The position numbers and the translations under genes were made by a program. From the human T2T-CHM13v2.0 reference genome, Homo sapiens, in NCBI RefSeq assembly GCF_009914755.1, contig NC_060941.1: DNA of 64,000 nucleotides; one strand, written 5' to 3'. Below the pieces are notes generated by a model. The model ran no database searches, was not told the origin of the DNA, and saw nothing but the letters and a program-made list of their open reading frames with translations. This document shows, piece by piece, positions 1-64,000 of the stretch; positions within the stretch are counted from its first letter, which is position 1, and the number at the start of each line of letters is the position of its first letter.

Positions 1-2
1 AA

Positions 3-339
<337 letters not shown>

Positions 340-1610
340 TTGCCACATTGGTTGAATACAGAATAAACATAAAAATCAATATTTTTGTCTTTTATGTCAG
401 TAACAATTAGAAAATACTATCAGAGAAAAAGAGATTCCACTCACAACAGCTACCTAAGATATAATACATTGAGAAATGAATTTAACAAGACATATATAGA
501 ACTTATATGGAAAAAACTGAGAGTTCTAAAAAAGGATATGAATATAACAGATGACCTGAATAAATGGAGAGAAGTACCACATTCCTAGACATGAATGTTT
601 GATGCTGAAAAGATCTCAATTGCCCAAATTAGTCTCTCTTTTTTTAAGAGAGAGAGAGAGACTGTTGCCCAGATTGGAGTGCAGTGGCACGATCACGGCT
701 CACTGCACCTCAAATTCCTGACCTCAAGTAATCCTCCCACCTCAGCCTCCCAAGTAGCTGGGGTTACAGGTACATACCACCATGACTGGCTTATCAAAAA
801 AATTTATTTTTGTAGAGATTAAGGTCTTGCCATATGATGTTGAACTCCTGGGCTCAAGAAGCCATCCTCCCCCATCAGCATCCCAAAATGCTGGGATTAA
901 CAGGCAGGAGCCATGGTGCCCAGCACCCCTAAACTAGTCTTTAAATGTAAAGCAATTCCAGTCAAAATACTTTGGAGGAGGATTAAAAGTGCAAGAACCA
1001 CCAATAACATTTTGAAAACCAAGAACAGAATAAACATATCCTATCATAGTATTACAAACTATAAAACTACAGTAGTTAAAAAAAGTGTTAGTCTGGTAGA
1101 GGACATGACAAATACTGGGTTAAACAATACCAAATTGCGTTTTTGTATGTCCAAAACTTGAGTACTGGCAATTTCAGTTGTTTCGACCTCTATGAGTTCA
1201 AAAACAGAACCATGTTTGGGAATCTGGTCTATAATAAAGGATGGATTTCATATTGCATCATATTTCAAAAAACATGTTTCATTCATTTGGGGAAAAACAT
1301 CATTCCATTTACCTCACACAGCATCATATAAAATTAACTTTATATGAATTAATGACCTATATGTAAAAAAGTTAGAAAACAAAAAGTACCAGAAGAAATT
1401 AAGGGTTATTTTTATTAACCTGGGAGTTAAAAAGCCTTCCAAATAAAAATAAGACCCATGAATATTATTGCCATGAATATTATTATTAATTATAATATTA
1501 TTAATATTCATGTCATGAATGTTAATTATATTATTAATATTCATGGATGAATATTATTAATACAGTTGTCTAAGATAAAATTTTAAAACTCTGTGATTAG
1601 CAGGAAAAAA
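340..1610 (+). mobile_element. Old L1 (L1M-type) ORF2 relics, interrupted by a minus-strand AluJ (~639-925)
   Basis: A-rich L1 ORF2-like phrases (gacctgaataaatggagaga..., ctataaaactacagtagttaaaa..., acctcacacagcatcatataaaattaact). Confidence 0.7.
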
Positions 1611-1630
1611 AGGTGGCAATGGGGAAGAGA

Positions 1631-1868
1631 CAGTTGTCCCTTGGTATATGTGGGGGTTGGTTCCAGGACCCCTGCGTATACTAAAATCCTCGACTGAAGT
1701 CCCACCGTAAGACCTGCAGAACCCACCTATACGAAAGTTGGCCCTCCTATATGCAGGTTTGGCATCACCCGAATACTGTATTTTCAATCTTTCTCTGGTT
1801 GAAAAAAATTCGAATATTAAGTGGACCTGTACAGTACAACAAGCCTGTGCTGTTCAAGGGTCAACTGT
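1631..1868 (+). mobile_element. MER8 (TcMar-Tigger family MITE)
   Basis: Terminal inverted repeats cagttgtcccttg.../...caagggtcaactg followed by TA; ~240 bp, colinear with the MER8 consensus as recalled. Confidence 0.88.
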
Positions 1869-2184
1869 ATCTGCAAAATATGTAACAAAGGCTTTTTGAG
1901 AAAGTCCACCCAAAAAGCTGTACTTTTGGTTTTAATATACCATTTGGTTTAATATACCATTTCCTTGAATAGCAGGTGAGGCCGAATATCTTTTCATATT
2001 TTTATTGTACATCTGTATTTCTTATGTTAATGGCCTATTCATAACCTTTATTCATTCTACTAAATTGTCTTCCTTATATTAAGAGAATTCTATATATTTT
2101 GCTATTATCTCCTCACCAACCCATCTTTATTGGATTATTCACATCACTATCAAACATTAATACAGCCAATTTTAATAAACAACA

Positions 2185-2700
2185 CACACAAAGAGAACCC
2201 AGAAACAAACCCTCGTCTATATGGTCAAATGATTTCAACAATGGTGCTAAAACCATTCAATGAGGAAAGAAAAGTCTTTTCAACAAATAGTGCTGGGAAA
2301 ACTGGATATCCATGGGCAAGCAAGTCAGACCCTTCCCTGACACCATAAACAAAATTTAATTCTTAATGGATGAAAGACTAAAAGTAAGACTAAAAGCAAG
2401 AACTAAAACTCTTGGAAGAAAACAGGAGAAAGCTTCATGACACTGGATTAGGCAATGTTTTCTTGGCTATGACACCAAAAGCACAGGGAACAAAAGGAAA
2501 AACACATAAAATGGGCTTCTTCAAATTAAAAACTTCAAATGTTAAATGACACAATCCACAGAGGGAAAAGGCAACCCACACACTGGGAGAAAACATCTGC
2601 AAATCATATATGTGATAAAAGATAAATATTTAAAATATATACAGAACTCCTAAAAGTCAACTACAAATAAACAACCCAACCCAATTTTAAAATGGATTTA
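2185..2700 (+). mobile_element. L1M (L1MB-like) ORF2 3' fragment
   Basis: ccagaaacaaaccctcgtctatatggtcaaatgatttcaacaa...tcttttcaacaaatagtgctgggaaaactggatatcc, typical of L1 ORF2. Confidence 0.85.
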
Positions 2701-2789
2701 ATTCACAGATGAAAGACATTGGAGAGGACACAAAAAAGGACACCCCTGCCAACAAGAAACTATTGACCCCGCACCTCCTCCAGCTTCTA

Positions 2790-4340
2790 CCCACTTCATT
2801 GTGAAACTTCTTTTAAAGAAGTTGTGCATTTGTGCTCTGGTCCCTGACCTCATTCACTCTTCTGCTACACTACTCCATGGGAATAGTTCTTAAAAAGGCC
2901 ACTTGGCCTCTTGCCTTGACACTTCTCAGTGATACTTAACACACTTAACACAGGGGTAACCACTCTACTTCTTGAGATGCATTATTTTTGATTTTTGAGA
3001 TATTATCCCTTCTAGTTTTTCTCCTACCTTAATGATTGCTCTTTCAATTTCCTTTGCTGGCCTCTCCTATTTATCAGATCTTTAAATGTTTAAGTGCCAC
3101 AGAGCCAAAAATTTTGCTTCTCCATTGAAACTCCCTCCAAACTTGACCCTATTCAGTCTTCTGGATTTAAATAATATAAAATACTATTGACTCCCAACTG
3201 TTTATATCCAGCATTGACCTCTCTCTGAGTTTCAAAGTTGTGTACCATTCACGTGTCTATGACATTTTACTAGGATATCTAGCAGGTGTCTCAAATTAAA
3301 CATGTTTAAAAAAGAATACCCAACTTTCTGCCCTTACCTCCTCCCAAGCCCCATAACCTGCTTCTTATCTGATTTGCTTCTCAATAAATGATACCACTGC
3401 CTATTAAGTTGCTTAGGCCAAAACTTAATCATAATTCTTAGTTTCTTTCTAAATAGAACTTTCCTAAAATTCTATTTAGGCTTTTTCAACTATGGTTCTG
3501 AGAAAGAACTCAGCCCTGCTGATCTAAGACTGGATTAACTTCCCTCCTATGCATCTAGAATAGAATAGCACATCCTTAAGAGAACTAAGAAAGATGGGAA
3601 CCTCAGTCAAGAAAGGCTGCTAGACTGTGAACAAGCCCCTCTATCCATTATTGTAACTCCAGAAAATGCCATCATATTTCACACAAGATAATGTAATAGG
3701 CTGTTACTGGTCTCACAATTCCTGTCCTCAACCCTTTTCAGACCCTTCTCCACACAACAAGCAAAGTCATCTTTGTAAAGTGTAAATCAGATTATAAACA
3801 CCCCTTATTTTTATTCTCTAGAGGCTTCCTCCTTACATCATAATAAAACTCGAACTCCTTTTTGAGGTTTTGCAAGACTCTCCCTGATCTAAATTCTGCC
3901 TACCTCTCTCTGACTTCGTCTCCTGCTAGTCTCCTCTCTCTGCTTTCTTTGCCATACTGGTTTTCCTTCAATCCTTCAAATACGCAAAATAAATCCTGTG
4001 TCAGTGACTTTGCAGTTTCTGTTCTGTTTACCCAGAACACTGCTTGCCCTAGATCTATAAATAGCTGCCACCTTCCTAAACTTCAGGTCTCAGGTCAAGT
4101 GCTGCCTCCTCACAGAGACTTTCTCTGACTACCCCAATAGAACATGTCTCATCTGCTCCTCCCATCCCACTCCTCGGTTGTTTCCTTCACAGCACCTTTT
4201 ACCCACTGAAATGATCTTTACTTACTTGTCTACACTTTTTAATGTCTGATTCCCACTACTAGAATACAAGATCTATGATGTTAAGAATTTTGTCTTGTTT
4301 ATTGCCAAATACAGAGTAAGCAATCAAGAAATGTTAGTTC
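2790..4340. mobile_element. LINE2 (L2) relics
   Basis: Pyrimidine-rich L2-like phrases (cattgacctctctctgagtttc, caggtgtctcaaattaaacatg, ctagaatacaagatctatga...ttttgtcttgttt). Confidence 0.7.
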
Positions 4341-4509
4341 TATTATATAGTAAAAATATACGGAATCAATTTTGGATGAAGAAAAAAGTCACATGTAATT
4401 TGTAGTCTTAACTCACTGGAAGAGTGGTATTTAAATATTATTCTTTTGAAAAAACCAGTCATCTAGTTTCCCAAATAACGTGTGGAGAAATGACACTGGG
4501 AACATATTA

Positions 4510-60208
<55,699 letters not shown>

Positions 60209-60708
60209 TTATAAATTAAATTGGAACATAATCACCTCCACAAATTCTTAAGCTTGGGCAAACAGGTCAGTTTTAAATGATTATATCTCAAGAAACACAG
60301 TATAAAATGTACTCCATGGCTTCTGAAAAGGAAGCTAAAGAAGTTTATGCGGACAATTTTTTGTAAAGTACTGTTTTCATTGATCTGGACTTCATAATCA
60401 CATGCGAAATACAGATTTGCTTCTTAAAAACATAACACATATTGCATCATTTCCACACAGCACTACAGATGATATATTCTATTGTACTACTACATTTTGG
60501 GCATGTGCTTAATAATCATATTGATTATGCATCTATACCTACATGAGCATGCACAAGTACTTTTCCTACATGTGGTCAACGATAACAATAATCAAGACAC
60601 ATGATTAACTGCACGATTTAATACTAGACCCTCATGGAAAATGAACAACTCAATTTTAAATGTTCTTTTAAACTGGATATTCACATGAAAAACAATAAAG
60701 TTAGACTC

Positions 60709-61095
60709 TGTTATGGATTAACTATGTCCCCCCTCAAATTCATAGGTTAAAGCCTTAACCCCCAGTGTGAATGTATTTGCAGACAGAGCCTTTAAGGAGG
60801 TAATTAAGGTTAAGTAAGGATCACAAGGGCAGGACCCAAATCCAACAGGACTGGTGTCCTCTATAAAGAGGAGGAGACACCAGGCATGCACGTGCACATA
60901 GCAAAGATCATGTGAGGACAGAGCTAGGTGGTGGCCATCTATAAGTCAAGGAGAAAGGGAGGCCTCACTAGAAACCAACACTGCTAGCATTTAATCTTGG
61001 ACTTAACACCTATCAGAACTGTGAGAAAATAAATTTCTATTGTTTAAGCTACTCAGTTAGCAGTATTGTTATGAAAGACCTAGCAGACTAATACA
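60709..61095 (+). mobile_element. MaLR solo LTR (MLT1A-like) inserted into an L1M ORF2 relic
   Basis: tgttatggattaa...gactaataca; 5-bp TSD gactc/gaccc; flanks read as continuous L1 (aactggatattcacatg...|...cctcactttataccatatacacaaa). Confidence 0.88.
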
Positions 61096-61132
61096 GACCC
61101 TCACTTTATACCATATACACAAATAAACTACA

Positions 61133-61435
61133 GGCCGGGTGCAGCGGTGGCTCATGCCCGCAATCCCAGCACTTTAGGAGGCCAAGGCGGGTGGAACACT
61201 TGAAGCCAGGAGTTTGAGACTGGCCTGGCCAATATAGTGAAACTCCTTCTCTACTAGAAATACAAAAAATTAGCTGGGCGTGGTGGTGCACTCCTACAAC
61301 CCCAGCTACTCAGAAGGCTGAGGCATGAGAATCGCTTGAACCCGGGAGGCAGAGGTTGCAGTGAGCTGATAATCACACCACTGCACTCCAGCCTGTGCAA
61401 CAGAGCAAGACTCTGCCTCAAAAAAAAAAGAAAAG
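61133..61435 (+). mobile_element. AluS
   Basis: Alu consensus. Confidence 0.92.
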
Positions 61436-62290
61436 AATGAAGGTTTAACATCCAGAATATATAAATAACACCTGTAACTCAACAAATAAACTTTAAAAAC
61501 TCTAATTTAAAAATGAGCAAAAGATCTCCAGTAAGCATATGAAAAGATGCTCATTACTACTAATCACTAGAGAAATGTGAATCCTAACCTCATACCATAT
61601 TAGGATGGTTGCTATCAAAAAAACAAAAAAGAGCAAGTGTTGGCCAGGATGTGGAGAAACTGGAACCCTTGTGCACTACTGGTGGGACTGTAAAATGGTA
61701 CAGTCACTATGGAAAACAGTATGGAGATTCCTCAAAAACTTAAATTAAAAATAGAATTACCACATGATCTAGCAATTCTACTTCTGATTACATAACCAAA
61801 AGAACTGAAAGCAGAGTCTCAAAGACATGAACATCCATAGTCATAGCAGCATTATTCACTACAGCCAAAAGGTGGAAGCGACACCAATTTTCACTGAGAG
61901 ATGAATGGACAAAAAAAATGTGACATATACATACAATATAATATTATTAACCCTTAAAAAGGTGGGAAATTCTGACACATGGATGAACCTTGAGGACATT
62001 ATGCTAAGTAAAATAAACCAGTTACAAAAAGAGAGGTACTGTATGGTTCCACTTATATGCAGTATCTAGAGTACTCAAACAGATAGAAACAGAAAGTACA
62101 ATGGTGGCTGCCAGGGGCTGGTGCGAAGAAGGAATGGGGAGTTGTTTAATGGGTACAGTTTCAGATTTGCAAGTTTAAAAAGTTCTGGAGATTGGCTGAA
62201 CATGTGAACATGCTTAACATAACTGAACTGTACATTAAAAAATGATTAAGATGGTAAATTTTATGTATATTTTACCATAATTAAAATGTT
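61436..62290 (+). mobile_element. L1MB-like 3' end
   Basis: ggatgtggagaaactggaacccttgtgc...gcagcattattcac...ggatgaaccttgaggacattatgctaagt...gatggtaaattttatgtatattttaccataattaaaa. Confidence 0.9.
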
Positions 62291-62331
62291 TTAAGTATTC
62301 TCTTGTTTATAAAGTAGACATACTCTTGCAA

Positions 62332-63690
<1,359 letters not shown>

Positions 63691-64000
63691 TTATTTCTAT
63701 GGTTCTATTTCCTCAGTATAATGAAGAAACAGATAAATTTTTTTCTAATGACCTGTGAGGTTTCAACCTCTTGCTTTACCATGTTGTGACTCTACAGAAA
63801 GTGACAAGGCTTTATTTCTAAACATTCAGGGGTCCTGGAATCTCACCTAATTCAAGTTATTTTATTATTGCTGGACAGTGAAGCCTTACAATTAACCATG
63901 TTGTAGCTTCTTCATCTATAAAAACCAATCACTGCCACATCACTCTTTCCTTTCTTTACCTGCTCCCCATAACAACTCTCCAGATATGTTCAAAATTCTT

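Overview
Human genomic DNA (human-specific AluYb8 elements are present) from inside the TRIM37 gene, which encodes the RING/B-box/coiled-coil/MATH E3 ubiquitin ligase mutated in mulibrey nanism. TRIM37 is transcribed on the minus strand. I located 15 consecutive coding exons by hand (exons 5-19 in the usual numbering, about c.282-2257, residues ~94-753). All have GT-AG boundaries and compatible phases, and they splice into one uninterrupted frame matching the TRIM37 protein as I recall it. They cover the B-box, coiled coil, MATH/TRAF domain and acidic/Ser-rich regions. The gene start and end lie outside the window. The introns hold roughly 70 Alu elements or fragments, plus L1, L2, MIR, MaLR/ERV LTR and DNA-transposon relics. 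Nearly all supplied ORFs are Alu-derived or chance. I see no new multi-gene system. The best leads are: an in-frame 42-nt candidate cassette exon 78 nt after exon 17; two candidate poison exons in intron 7; two almost identical AluYb8 copies in intron 17; the AluY pair that fits a recalled pathogenic exon 15-16 deletion; and several closely spaced inverted Alu pairs. Repeat subfamily names come from recognising consensus sequences by eye, and repeat boundaries are approximate.
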